DNA of 64,000 nucleotides from Clostridia bacterium (GCA_017510245.1 JAFWNQ010000004.1:4726-68725), one strand, 5' to 3'. Shown: positions 18,610-29,020, numbered from the stretch's first letter. Program-made: numbers and translations. The notes: generated by a model from the sequence alone, not told the origin.

Positions 18610-19089
18610 ATGAAAATTGATTATATAGTTGAGGTTAGAAAAAAAATTGGACATATGCCAATGTTTAATCCTGTAGCAACTTTAATAGTATATAAAGAAG
18701 GAAAAGTATTATTGCAAAAAAGGTCTGACAACAATAAATGGGCAATACACGGTGGTGGGCTTGAATTTGGAGAAACATTTATTGAGGCATTGAATCGTGA
18801 AGTAAAAGAAGAACTAAATATTGAACCAATTAATCCAGCTTTATTTGGAATATATGCAGGTCAAGAGTTATTTCATATTTATCCAGATGGAGATGAATCA
18901 TATATTTTAAATCATGTTTTTATTTGTGAGGAATATAGAGGAGAATTAAAATATAATGACGGAGAAGTTCTGGAAACGAAATGGTTTGATTTAGATGATT
19001 TACCAAATGATATTCATAAGATTGATATTCAAATAATAAATGATATAAGATTATTCTTAGATAATGGAAAAAAGCCAATAGTAAGGTAA
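18610..19089 (+). CDS. NUDIX hydrolase
   Basis: Nudix box GGGLEFGETFIEALNREVKEELNI. Confidence 0.88.
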   Translation: MKIDYIVEVRKKIGHMPMFNPVATLIVYKEGKVLLQKRSDNNKWAIHGGGLEFGETFIEALNREVKEELNIEPINPALFGIYAGQELFHIYPDGDESYILNHVFICEEYRGELKYNDGEVLETKWFDLDDLPNDIHKIDIQIINDIRLFLDNGKKPIVR

Positions 19090-19132
19090 AAGAAAGAGCT
19101 ACAAAGTAGCTCTTTCTCATTATCATTTGTTA

Positions 19133-19402
19133 TTATAAGGAAGTACCAATATTACTTGGATTTGCATTAAAAAAAGATTCTTTTATGTCTGAAAATTCTT
19201 TTGTTTTTAGATATCTATTAATATTTTTTACTGAAACGCCTGATTGAGAAGATAACATTTCAATATTTTGAGGTAATTCATTATTAGCTAAATAATTTCT
19301 TATTGAAATCATATCTACCTTATCTTTATGTTGACAATTAGGACAAATATTGTCACTAGATGCAAAAAAAGATCCACAGCGAACACATTTATTAAAATTC
19401 AT
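19133..19402 (-). CDS. Zinc-ribbon protein, YvyF/TIGR03826-like
   Basis: CVRCG...CPNC ribbon followed by a helical region. Similarity to the flagellar-region family is from memory only. Confidence 0.45.
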   Translation of the reverse strand: MNFNKCVRCGSFFASSDNICPNCQHKDKVDMISIRNYLANNELPQNIEMLSSQSGVSVKNINRYLKTKEFSDIKESFFNANPSNIGTSL

Positions 19403-19528
19403 AATTAAACTCCTAATTTATATAATTAATGTAATTTTAACATAAATTTTAAAAAAATCAATAAATATGTAGAAAATTTAACAAAAATGTAATATAATAG
19501 ATACATAATTTTAGAAGGGAAGTATCTT

Positions 19529-20401
19529 ATGGGAGCAATAATGACTACTTCTAGATTTGGAGGAGAATTAATTAGCTTCAAACTAGATGGAATAGAGAAG
19601 ATACACCAAGGAGAAGAATCAGTAGATGAAAATGGAAAACCATATTGGAAAAGACATGCACCAGTATTATTTCCTATTGTTGGTAAACTGAAAAGAAGTC
19701 AAACTCTTATTAATGGAAGAACATATGAAATGCCTCAACATGGATTTGCTAGAGATATGGAATATGAACCAATTACTAAATTGGATAATTTTCATTCATA
19801 TGTTTTAAAAAGCAACAAATATACAATGGCAAGATATCCTTTTGAATTTGAATTATACAATACTTATAGACAAGAGGATAATAAGCTTATCTTTATGTAT
19901 AAAGTTGTGAATACTGGACAAAACAATATGCCATTTTGCTTAGGAGGTCATCCAGCTTTTAAAATAGATCCGGATGATTTAAGAAAAGGTAATTATTTTT
20001 TAGAGTTTGAAGAAGAAGAAGAAAAGGCTCATTTTTTATATTTAGTTGATGGGCTAGTAGGTACAGAGTATTCAAAAAATTTACTTATAAATAATAAGTA
20101 CTTATTATTAGAAGAGCACACTTTTGATAATGATGCTCTAATAATAAAAGGAATACAAAATAAAAGAATAAGTTTAAAGAACAGGAGAACAAAGAAAAAG
20201 GTTTTAACACTAAATTATGAAGGATGGACTTACTTAGGAATATGGTCTAAAGCAGGAGCACCTTTCTTATGTTTAGAACCATGGACTTCAACTGCTGATC
20301 GAGTCAATAGCAATAATGTATTTGTACAAAAAACTGATTTAAAAATTCTAGAACCAGGAGATGAATTTGACAATAAGTTTTCTGTAGAATTTTTTAACTA
20401 A
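19529..20401 (+). CDS. Aldose 1-epimerase family protein (LacX-like)
   Basis: FGGELISF..., HAPVLFPIVG, PQHGFAR, GGHPAF, LEPW motifs. Confidence 0.8.
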   Translation: MGAIMTTSRFGGELISFKLDGIEKIHQGEESVDENGKPYWKRHAPVLFPIVGKLKRSQTLINGRTYEMPQHGFARDMEYEPITKLDNFHSYVLKSNKYTMARYPFEFELYNTYRQEDNKLIFMYKVVNTGQNNMPFCLGGHPAFKIDPDDLRKGNYFLEFEEEEEKAHFLYLVDGLVGTEYSKNLLINNKYLLLEEHTFDNDALIIKGIQNKRISLKNRRTKKKVLTLNYEGWTYLGIWSKAGAPFLCLEPWTSTADRVNSNNVFVQKTDLKILEPGDEFDNKFSVEFFN

Positions 20402-20505
20402 GTTTTATAACCATTATTAAATAACTTTGGTTATGATTAAGAATAAAACTAAAATGAAAGAATAACCACTAGAATATGAACTATTGGTTATGATGGTATT
20501 ATAGA

Positions 20506-20679
20506 ATGAAATTAGTAATATGGATTATAATAGCAATAGGCGTAGTAGCTATTTATGATGCGAGAAAAATAACAATAAGATATTTTAATAATCAAGAGCA
20601 AAATTTAATAGTAAGAGTAATAAAAACTATGGGGTTTATAGTTTGTGTTGTTGCTGGAACCATATTATGTGTAATGTAA
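20506..20679 (+). CDS. Possible small membrane protein (57 aa)
   Basis: MKLVIWIIIAIGVVAIYDARK...GFIVCVVAGTILCVM has two hydrophobic segments, but no convincing RBS. Confidence 0.3.
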   Translation: MKLVIWIIIAIGVVAIYDARKITIRYFNNQEQNLIVRVIKTMGFIVCVVAGTILCVM

Positions 20680-20706
20680 ATACATATTGCTAAAGGAGGA
20701 AAGTTA

Positions 20707-23346
20707 ATGAATAAAACATTAAATAATAGATATGAGCCTAAAGAATTTGAAACTGAAATATATGAAGAATGGGAAAAGAAGGGTTATTTTAAACCCAGTA
20801 ATGATAAAGACAAAGAACCTTATTGTATAATGATGCCACCACCTAATGTTACAGGAAAACTTCATATGGGACATGCATTAGATGGTACAATTCAAGATAT
20901 TTTAATTAGATATAAAAGAATGCAAGGATATGATACTTTATGGCTTCCTGGAACAGATCATTCAGCAATATCAACTGAAATGAAAGTTGTTGAAAAAATT
21001 AAGAAAGAAGGAAAGACAAAGCAAGATTTAGGAAGAGAAAAGTTCTTAGAAGAAACATGGGAATGGACTCATAAGTATGGAGGAATAATTCAAAAACAAC
21101 AGCGTATGCTTGGCTGTTCTTGTGACTGGGAGAGAAACAGATTTACAATGGATGATGGATTAAGCGAAGCTGTTTTAGAAGAATTTGTAACATTATATAA
21201 AAAAGGATTGATCTACAAAGGAACTAGGATGGTAAATTACTGTCCAAGCTGTAAAACAACAATATCTGATGCAGAAGTTGAATACAAAGAAGAACCTTCT
21301 CATTTATGGCATGTTCGATATAAAATTGTAGGTGAAAAAGATAAATATGTAGAAATAGCAACAACTAGACCTGAAACTATGCTTGGAGATACTGCAGTTG
21401 CAGTTCATCCTGATGATGAGAGATATAAAGACTTAGTAGGAAAGAATTGTATACTTCCATTAATGAACAAAGAAATACCAATAATTACAGATGATTTTGT
21501 TGATATGGAATTTGGAACAGGATGTGTAAAAATCACACCTGCTCATGATATGAATGATTATCAAGCTGGATTAAAGCATAATTTAGAAATAATTTCAGTT
21601 TTTGATGATGAAAATAAAATGGGAGATTTACTTCCAGAACTGAAAGGAATGGATTTACTTGAAGCTAGAAAAATAATAGTTGAAAAACTAGAAAAAGAAG
21701 GTTGCCTAGTAAATACAGAAGATTACACACACAATGTTGCAAAATGTGAGAGATGTAAAACAACTTTAGAGCCAAAAGTTTCTCTACAATGGTTTGTATC
21801 TATGAAAGATATGGCTAAAAGAGCTGCAGATAGTGTTCGAAATGGTGAGATGAGATTTGTTCCTAAAAGATACGAAAAGGTTTATTTTAATTGGCTAGAT
21901 AATATACAAGATTGGTGTATATCAAGACAATTATGGTGGGGACATAGAATTCCAGCATATTATTGTGAAGAATGTGAACATATTAATGTAAGTAAAACAG
22001 AACCAAAAAAATGCGAAAAATGTGGTTGCACAAAATTACATCAGGATGAAGATACACTTGACACATGGTTTAGCTCTGCACTATGGCCTTTTTCTACATT
22101 AGGATGGCCAGATAAAGAATCAGAAGACTACAAGAGATTTTATCCTACAAATGTGTTAGTAACAGGATTTGATATTATAACATTTTGGGTATCAAGAATG
22201 ATGACTCAAGGCTTAGAATTTACTGATAAAGCACCATTTAAAGATGCTTTAATACATGGAATTATTAGAGATAGCATTGGAAGGAAAATGTCTAAAACTC
22301 TTGGTAATGGAGTTGATCCACTAGATGTTATTGAGCAGTATGGTGCAGATGCATTGAGATTCTCTGTAATATCAGGAACTACAATGGGAAATGATATTAA
22401 ATATATGCCTGAAAAATTGGATGCTGCAAAGAACTTTGCTAATAAGATATGGAATGCTTCAAAATTTGTTTTAATGAATTTGGATGACTATGACGAAGAG
22501 GCAGAAATACAACTAACTGTAGAAGATAAATGGATATTGTCAAAACTTAATAGACTAATAAAAGAAGTAAGCACAAATATGGAAAACTATAATTTAGGAG
22601 TAGCATTAGATAGAATTTATGAATTTATTTGGAATGAATTCTGTGACTGGTATATTGAAATTGTAAAAACTAGATTATATGACAAAGAATGTAAAACTAG
22701 AAGCAGTGCGCAATACGTGTTAAATAAAGTACTTGGAGATTCACTAAAACTATTACACCCATTTATGCCATTTATAACAGAAAAGATTTATACTTGTCTT
22801 TATAATGATGACGAAAGCATAATGATAAGCCAGTATCCTGAGTATGATGAAAAATGCATATTCGAAGAAGATGAAAAGTTCATCGAAGAAATCAAGAGCA
22901 TTATTGTGGAAATTAGAAATATTAGAGCTCAAATGAATGTTCATCCAACTAAAAAAACTAAGCTTATTGCTATTACACAAAAATATAATAATGAAATAGA
23001 TGACTCAAGTGAGTTTATGAAGAAATTAGGATTTGCAGATGAAATAATAGTTAATTCCAAAAAAGAAAATATTCCTCAAAATGCGACTAACATAGTTTCA
23101 AACAATATTGAAGTTTTTATACCTTTTGAAGATTTAGTAAATATTGAAGAAGAAATTGAAAGACTTGAAAAAGAAAAAGAAAAGCTTCTAAATGGAAAAC
23201 ACGGAGCTGATGCAAAACTAGAAAACAAGAAGTTTCTTGAGAAAGCACCTGAAACAGTTGTTGAACAAATAAAAGCAAAGCAAAAAGAATATGAAGAAAA
23301 AATAGAGGCAATTGAAGAGAGAATAGGACAGTTAAAAAATGCATAA
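20707..23346 (+). CDS. valS: Valyl-tRNA synthetase
   Basis: HMGH and KMSKT class I signatures, 879 aa, C-terminal coiled coil. Confidence 0.95.
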   Translation: MNKTLNNRYEPKEFETEIYEEWEKKGYFKPSNDKDKEPYCIMMPPPNVTGKLHMGHALDGTIQDILIRYKRMQGYDTLWLPGTDHSAISTEMKVVEKIKKEGKTKQDLGREKFLEETWEWTHKYGGIIQKQQRMLGCSCDWERNRFTMDDGLSEAVLEEFVTLYKKGLIYKGTRMVNYCPSCKTTISDAEVEYKEEPSHLWHVRYKIVGEKDKYVEIATTRPETMLGDTAVAVHPDDERYKDLVGKNCILPLMNKEIPIITDDFVDMEFGTGCVKITPAHDMNDYQAGLKHNLEIISVFDDENKMGDLLPELKGMDLLEARKIIVEKLEKEGCLVNTEDYTHNVAKCERCKTTLEPKVSLQWFVSMKDMAKRAADSVRNGEMRFVPKRYEKVYFNWLDNIQDWCISRQLWWGHRIPAYYCEECEHINVSKTEPKKCEKCGCTKLHQDEDTLDTWFSSALWPFSTLGWPDKESEDYKRFYPTNVLVTGFDIITFWVSRMMTQGLEFTDKAPFKDALIHGIIRDSIGRKMSKTLGNGVDPLDVIEQYGADALRFSVISGTTMGNDIKYMPEKLDAAKNFANKIWNASKFVLMNLDDYDEEAEIQLTVEDKWILSKLNRLIKEVSTNMENYNLGVALDRIYEFIWNEFCDWYIEIVKTRLYDKECKTRSSAQYVLNKVLGDSLKLLHPFMPFITEKIYTCLYNDDESIMISQYPEYDEKCIFEEDEKFIEEIKSIIVEIRNIRAQMNVHPTKKTKLIAITQKYNNEIDDSSEFMKKLGFADEIIVNSKKENIPQNATNIVSNNIEVFIPFEDLVNIEEEIERLEKEKEKLLNGKHGADAKLENKKFLEKAPETVVEQIKAKQKEYEEKIEAIEERIGQLKNA

Positions 23347-23417
23347 TAGTGAGCAATTGTTGAAAAATGTCGATTTCTTGTCAAGTTTCGACAAAACTTC
23401 TTATGGAAATATATACC

Positions 23418-23451
23418 AAAAAGAACTATAATATATATAGTTCTTTTTTTT
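23418..23451 (+). terminator. Rho-independent terminator after valS
   Basis: AAAAAGAACTATA...TATAGTTCTTTTTTTT. Confidence 0.8.
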
Positions 23452-23607
23452 GATTAAAAAGATTCGTGCAATAAAAACAATTTGAAAATCTACTGATTGA
23501 ACTCAATTTATTATGATAGTAATTGTGACTTACATGAGTTCAAAGCAAGATGTACATTATATATATGACTCTATATATTAATTATATGAAAAGATGGGAG
23601 GATTGGT

Positions 23608-24009
23608 GTGGATTTTAGTTATTCCAATGAGGACAGGCTGTTAACTGTATATTTAACAGAAGAAATTGATCAGCATACTGCTGAAAAAGTTAGGAGGAAA
23701 ATTGATGATGAGATTGAAAGATTTATTCCTAGAAAAGTTATTTTTGACTTTGATAACATTTCTTTTATGGACAGTTCAGGGATAGGAATGGTACTGGGAA
23801 GGTATAAGCTTGCAAAAATGTTAGGAGGAGATTTTGAAATCATAAATGTAAATAAATCGATAAAAAGAATATTTGAAATGAGTGGAGTGACTAGAATAAT
23901 AATGACTAGAGAAAAAAATAATATAAAGATAGAAGAAAAGCAAGGAATTATTAATGAAAAAATACAGAAAAATTTCAATGAGGAGGAAGAAGATGAAGGG
24001 ATTATATGA
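23608..24009 (+). CDS. spoIIAA: Anti-sigma-F factor antagonist (STAS domain)
   Basis: [14 protein letters not shown] phosphorylatable-Ser context, GTG start after GGGAGGA, operon with spoIIAB-sigF. Longer than usual, with an acidic C-terminal extension. Confidence 0.88.
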   Translation: MDFSYSNEDRLLTVYLTEEIDQHTAEKVRRKIDDEIERFIPRKVIFDFDNISFMDSSGIGMVLGRYKLAKMLGGDFEIINVNKSIKRIFEMSGVTRIIMTREKNNIKIEEKQGIINEKIQKNFNEEEEDEGII

Positions 24010-24445
24010 TAATGAAATGAAAATAGTTTTTGCAAGCAAAACTGTAAATGAAGCATTTGCAAGAATAACTGTGGCTGCATTTGTTTCTCAACTAGATCCA
24101 ACTATTGATGAATTGTCAGATATTAAGACTGCGGTATCAGAAGCTGTTACCAATAGCATTATTCATGGATATGAGAATGAAGAGGGAAGCGTAGAAATAA
24201 ATGCAAGGATTTTTGCTAATAATGTAGAAATCGAGATTTCAGATAGTGGGAAAGGAATTGAAAATGTTGAAATTGCAATGAGACCGCTATATACTTCAAA
24301 ACCTAATTTAGAAAGGTCTGGAATGGGATTTACTATTATGCAAAGCTTTATGGACGAAATGAAAGTTGAATCATCTTTAGGATTTGGTACAAGGGTAATA
24401 ATGAGAAAAAAGATTAGGTCAGTTGAAGAAGAACAGGTAAGTTAG
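23993..24445 (+). CDS. spoIIAB: Anti-sigma-F factor (serine kinase)
   Basis: N-box E..TNSIIHG and G-box DSGKGI...SGMGF. Start set to ATG 23993 after GAGGAGG, overlapping the spoIIAA end by 17 nt. Confidence 0.9.
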   Translation: MKGLYDNEMKIVFASKTVNEAFARITVAAFVSQLDPTIDELSDIKTAVSEAVTNSIIHGYENEEGSVEINARIFANNVEIEISDSGKGIENVEIAMRPLYTSKPNLERSGMGFTIMQSFMDEMKVESSLGFGTRVIMRKKIRSVEEEQVS

Positions 24446-24492
24446 TTTGGTAGTTACGAATAATAATTTGTTTCATTATATAGGAGAGATAA

Positions 24493-25194
24493 ATGGATGA
24501 AGAACTTAAGAATAAAATTATAATGGCTCAAAAAGGTGATAAAAATATTCTGAATGAATTGGTTAAAGATAATTATGGCTTAGTATGTAGTATAGGAAGA
24601 AGATTTGAAAACAGGGGATATGATATCGAAGACATATATCAAATAGGCGCTATAGGACTTGTTAAAGCAATAAAAAAATTTGATTTTTCATTTAATGTTG
24701 TATTATCAACATTTGCTGTTTCATATATTATAGGGGAAATAAAAAGATTTTTAAGAGATGATGGACCTGTAAAAATATCAAGAGAATTAAAAATGCTGTC
24801 TACCAAAATTAACATAGAAAAAAAGGAAAATCCAGAAATCAAAGTAAATGAATTAGCTAAAAAATTGTCAACAACCAAAGAAAACATTATTTTGGCTATT
24901 GAGTCAACCAATAAAATAGAATCACTGGAAGCTAAAATTGATGACGATGGAATGAACTTGCTAGAAAAACTGTGCTCTAATGAAAATAATGAAGACAAAA
25001 TAGTAAATAATATTGCATTAAAGCAATGTATAAATAGATTAGAACCAAGAGAGCAAAAGATTCTATATTTAAGATACTATAAAGGACAGACACAGTCAAA
25101 GGTTGCAGAAATAATTGGAATTAGTCAGGTTCAAGTTTCTAGACTTGAAAAACAAGTGCTAAAAATACTAAAAGAAAAACTTAAATATGCATAA
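24493..25194 (+). CDS. sigF: Sporulation sigma factor F
   Basis: Sigma-70 regions 2-4 (DIYQIGAIGLVKAIKKFD, GQTQSKVAEIIGISQVQVSRLEK), downstream of spoIIAA-AB. Confidence 0.9.
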   Translation: MDEELKNKIIMAQKGDKNILNELVKDNYGLVCSIGRRFENRGYDIEDIYQIGAIGLVKAIKKFDFSFNVVLSTFAVSYIIGEIKRFLRDDGPVKISRELKMLSTKINIEKKENPEIKVNELAKKLSTTKENIILAIESTNKIESLEAKIDDDGMNLLEKLCSNENNEDKIVNNIALKQCINRLEPREQKILYLRYYKGQTQSKVAEIIGISQVQVSRLEKQVLKILKEKLKYA

Positions 25195-25234
25195 GATCAA
25201 AGGAGCTTTTTAAAAACAATTATGGGAGAATTAA

Positions 25235-26239
25235 ATGAAAAAATATATAATAATTTTTATTATATTTATTATAATGATTTTTTTATTACCAGTATTATTT
25301 ACTAAACAATTCAAGTTTATAGATGAAAATTCAAAACTGGAGGAAAATAATAATCAAGAAGAAAAGCAAGAAACAGAGATATATAATTACAAAGAATTCT
25401 CAACGATAAAACTTTTACACTCTTTTACAGGTGAAATAGAAGAAATACCATTAGATACGTATTTGCTAGGAGTAGTTTCGGCAGAGATGCCTGCTAATTT
25501 TGAACAAGAGGCTTTAAAGGCTCAAGCTGTTGTTGCTAGAACATATACGATTTATTCAATATCTCATAATAATGGAAAGCATAATGGTGCAGATATATGT
25601 GATAGTCCAAAATGCTGTCAGGCTTGGATATCTAAAGAAAATAGGTTATCAAAATGGGAAGAAGAAAAAAAGGATGAATACTGGGATAAAATTGTCAATG
25701 CTGTTGAAACAACTAAAGGAAAAGTAATAACATATGAAGGTGAAATCATTGATGCATTTTTTCATGCTAATAGTGGAGGAACAACTGAAACACCAGTAAA
25801 TGTATGGGGTGGAACAAGTTTTCCATATTTACAGGCTGTTGAAACTTCAGGAGAAGATGCCTATTCTCAATATAACTCTGAAGTGTCGATGAGCAAGGAT
25901 GAATTTAAAAAGGTAATAAAAGATAAATACTCTGACTTTAACATTGAGTATAATAATAATTGTATAGAAGTACTAGAATATACAGACTCAGGTAGAGTTA
26001 AAAAAATAAGAATAGGCAATTTAGAATTATCAGGAGTTGAAGTAAGAAGTTTATTAGGGCTAAAATCATCTAATTTTCAAGTTATAATAGGCGAAGAAAA
26101 TATTAAATTTGAAGTAACAGGTTATGGACACGGAGTTGGAATGAGCCAAACTGGGGCAGACAGTATGGCAAAAAATGGATCAAATTATATTGAGATTATA
26201 AAGCATTTTTACACTGGAGTTGAAATTGTAGATTTATAA
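25235..26239 (+). CDS. spoIID: Stage II sporulation protein D (SpoIID/LytB domain)
   Basis: EALKAQAVVARTY, ICDSPKCCQAW, FHANSGGTTE, GHGVGMSQTGA. Confidence 0.9.
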   Translation: MKKYIIIFIIFIIMIFLLPVLFTKQFKFIDENSKLEENNNQEEKQETEIYNYKEFSTIKLLHSFTGEIEEIPLDTYLLGVVSAEMPANFEQEALKAQAVVARTYTIYSISHNNGKHNGADICDSPKCCQAWISKENRLSKWEEEKKDEYWDKIVNAVETTKGKVITYEGEIIDAFFHANSGGTTETPVNVWGGTSFPYLQAVETSGEDAYSQYNSEVSMSKDEFKKVIKDKYSDFNIEYNNNCIEVLEYTDSGRVKKIRIGNLELSGVEVRSLLGLKSSNFQVIIGEENIKFEVTGYGHGVGMSQTGADSMAKNGSNYIEIIKHFYTGVEIVDL

Positions 26240-26312
26240 GATTTTTCCAATTTATGTATATTATTCTAAAACAAGGTAATAATTCTATTAATAAGTTTTA
26301 GGAGGATATACG

Positions 26313-27116
26313 ATGAGAAAAAAGGGTAGAAAGCATTTAAAAGTTAAGGCTGATAATAAATGGATTAGTGTAATAGGTTTTATTTTTTCAATATCTCTTT
26401 TATCTATTGCAATTGTTTTTTCAATAAATCAAGAGGAATTCGATAAAATTGCAGAATCTAAAGATTATTCAATGTCTAATATGACTTTAACTGCAAGCTC
26501 TGAAATAAGTAAAAGGATAGATGACGTAACAGCAAATAATGAAATCAAAACTGAACCAATTATTATTTCAAATGAAGAAAAAAATGAGAAGGAAGAAGAA
26601 AAAAAAATAGAAGATAATAGTGTTATAGAAACAGATTTAAATAATAGTAAAACAGTTAACACAAATGAAATAACTAATGAGGAAAAAAAAGAAGAACCTA
26701 ATGAAGAAAAAAGACAATTTATTAAACCTGTCAATGGTGATTTATTTAAAGAGTTTTCGATGGATAGTTTAGTATATTCTGATACATTACAAGAATGGGT
26801 AACTCATAGAGGAGTAGATTATCAAGTAAACATTTCTGATGATGTAAAAGCATCAGCCAACGGAACAATTAAATCAATAAAGAATGATCCTCGTTATGGA
26901 TGGAGTATTACAATTGAACATAAGGATGGATTTTCAACAATATATACTTGTTTGGTAGATGTAAGTTTAGTAAAAGAGGGAGATTCGGTGGAACAAGGAC
27001 AAGTAATTGCTAAAGCTGGAAATTCTGGTGTATTTGAGTCTGCTGACGGTTCACATTTACATTTTGAAATGATGAAAGATGGAGATTATATTAATCCTGA
27101 AATATATATAAAATAA
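26313..27116 (+). CDS. Membrane-anchored M23/LytM-domain protein, probable SpoIIQ
   Basis: N-terminal TM, HRGVDY...GSHLHFEM. Position after spoIID matches the clostridial spoIID/spoIIQ arrangement. Confidence 0.55.
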   Translation: MRKKGRKHLKVKADNKWISVIGFIFSISLLSIAIVFSINQEEFDKIAESKDYSMSNMTLTASSEISKRIDDVTANNEIKTEPIIISNEEKNEKEEEKKIEDNSVIETDLNNSKTVNTNEITNEEKKEEPNEEKRQFIKPVNGDLFKEFSMDSLVYSDTLQEWVTHRGVDYQVNISDDVKASANGTIKSIKNDPRYGWSITIEHKDGFSTIYTCLVDVSLVKEGDSVEQGQVIAKAGNSGVFESADGSHLHFEMMKDGDYINPEIYIK

Positions 27117-27211
27117 AGCAATTGAATTATATAAAATGTAACAAAAATGTAATATTTCTCTATACTCGTTGATACAAGCTGAAAGCGAGTGAACGGTAAA
27201 CATAACAACCT

Positions 27212-27240
27212 TTGACTTTTTCGACATTAAATGATACTAT
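27212..27240 (+). promoter_or_regulatory. SigA-type promoter of veg
   Basis: TTGACT (27212-27217), 17 nt spacer, TACTAT with an upstream TG. Confidence 0.6.
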
Positions 27241-27270
27241 ACGACTAAATTAGGAAAAGTAGGTGATAAA

Positions 27271-27585
27271 ATGATTTACCAAGATGATATTGCAACTTTG
27301 CAAACGAATATCAAAGAAAAAATTGGACAAAAGATTATTGTTAAAGGTTCACTAGGGAGAAGTAGATTATTTGAAAAGGCAGCTACTATTGAAAAAGCTT
27401 ATCCAAATATTTTTGTGGTTAAGTATGAAGAAAACGAAAGAAATGTTTCATACCAATATAAAGATGTATTAACAAGAACTGTTGAAGTTGAGGTATTTGA
27501 TGGAACAGGCTATAGTTCAATAGTTCCACCTTTGATTGAAGAAAAGAGGTCAAAGAAGAAAAACGATATTACTACATCATTATAA
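27271..27585 (+). CDS. veg: Veg protein (biofilm/sporulation-associated small protein)
   Basis: Alignable to B. subtilis Veg (...GRSRLFEKAATIEKAYPNIFVV...VSYQYKDVLTRTVEV). Confidence 0.8.
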   Translation: MIYQDDIATLQTNIKEKIGQKIIVKGSLGRSRLFEKAATIEKAYPNIFVVKYEENERNVSYQYKDVLTRTVEVEVFDGTGYSSIVPPLIEEKRSKKKNDITTSL

Positions 27586-27666
27586 ATAAATATATAAAAA
27601 ATGGAGAATTAATCTCCATTTTATTTTTTTATTCATTTTAAAAAAGTTTGCTATTGCTTTTTTTTA

Positions 27667-28356
27667 CTATTCAGTTGACTTGGGTGCTTCGGTGTATCCA
27701 TAAAAACACTCTTTTTTTCCTTTATAAGCAGCCCACATTCTATCCCCATAAGAAAAGTGCCACCATTCGGCAGGAAAGTTATTAAAATCTAAGCTCTTCA
27801 TTTTTTCATGTAAATAACTCCTATTTCTATCTTGATCAAGAGTTAAGTCTTTTGAATAAGATTTAGTTTGAGGAATATGTTCTAGATAAGCACTACCCAT
27901 ATCTAGTTCAGTACCTTCTTTATCGACCAATGTTATATCTATAGCACCTCCTGTTTGATGACCACCTATTCCATTGGTTGGATTAGCAATTTTTATTGAT
28001 GCCATTCTTTGAATATCTTCATCACTAAGGTTAGGATTAGCTTTTTTTGTTTCTTCAAGTGTTTCATTCCAAAACTCTTTTTGCTTATCTAAGCTACGGT
28101 ATGCATCATAAAGTTTTATTTTATATCCATCTTCTTTAATCATTTCATCTAATTTACATAGTTTTTCATAAACAGTTTTCCTAAGGTATACTGGTTTTTC
28201 GATAATATCTGCAAATATAAATCTATTGTTATCAACTAATACTAAATCCTCATGATTTTCATTAATTTTAACTTTATTTATAAATTTACTAGGAAGAACT
28301 TTTCTTATTCCTAATTTGAATAAAAAGTAGTTATACCAAACTTTGTATTCAATCAT
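27667..28356 (-). CDS. D-alanyl-D-alanine dipeptidase (VanX/DdpX, M15D)
   Basis: GGHQTGGAIDITL (SxHxxGxAxD-type) and EWWHFSYGD motifs. Start set to ATG 28356. Confidence 0.8.
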   Translation of the reverse strand: MIEYKVWYNYFLFKLGIRKVLPSKFINKVKINENHEDLVLVDNNRFIFADIIEKPVYLRKTVYEKLCKLDEMIKEDGYKIKLYDAYRSLDKQKEFWNETLEETKKANPNLSDEDIQRMASIKIANPTNGIGGHQTGGAIDITLVDKEGTELDMGSAYLEHIPQTKSYSKDLTLDQDRNRSYLHEKMKSLDFNNFPAEWWHFSYGDRMWAAYKGKKECFYGYTEAPKSTE

Positions 28357-28371
28357 TATTAATACCATCCT

Positions 28372-28896
28372 TTACATAGTTTTTACTAATATACATCTGT
28401 CGCGACCACCATACAATTTAGTTGTTATAACAGTTTTAAATCCGTTTTTCACCATATTATCTAGTGAGTATTTGTTATCAGGATGCACTGTTGTAACAAA
28501 TCTGTGATATTTTGAGTCTTTAAGTAGTTCCTCAGATTTTAAAATCATCTTATTCATTAGGCCAAGTCCTCTATATCCATCTTTTACAACAACATTTATA
28601 ACTTCAATTATATTAGTAGCGTCTTTAAAATAGTCCTTCACCATTTGATAGAATTCTGTACCATCATCTCGTAATACATAAGTAAGATAAGCACCAATTA
28701 TTTTGTCTTTATCACAAGCCACAAAGCAATATCCGTCATTAATAAAAAGACTATATCGTTCTTTATTTTTTGTGTAAGAATGCCAACTTCTAACTTCTTC
28801 AGGCATACTATAATGAACGTCTGCAAGTAAATCATAGATTTCATCTACATCTTCCAAAGTTGCTTTTCTAATGATAATATTTTTTTCATTTTTCAT
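28372..28896 (-). CDS. GNAT-family N-acetyltransferase
   Basis: V.V...YRGLGLMNKM acetyl-CoA-binding context. Its stop abuts the RBS of the dipeptidase gene. Confidence 0.8.
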   Translation of the reverse strand: MKNEKNIIIRKATLEDVDEIYDLLADVHYSMPEEVRSWHSYTKNKERYSLFINDGYCFVACDKDKIIGAYLTYVLRDDGTEFYQMVKDYFKDATNIIEVINVVVKDGYRGLGLMNKMILKSEELLKDSKYHRFVTTVHPDNKYSLDNMVKNGFKTVITTKLYGGRDRCILVKTM

Positions 28897-29020
28897 AATC
28901 ATATTCTCCTTATTAAAGTAGCTATATTATAACACAAAGTAGGCATAAAGTAAATCAATATAATTGTATTAATCATAATTGTTTTTTATGAGAATATAAT
29001 TTATAAAAAAGGAGGTTGTG

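Noticed and set aside
23954-23992. Upstream start (ATG 23954) for spoIIAB
   Set aside because: It would add a basic 13-residue extension with no RBS. ATG 23993 follows GAGGAGG at the proper spacing and gives the normal SpoIIAB N-terminus.
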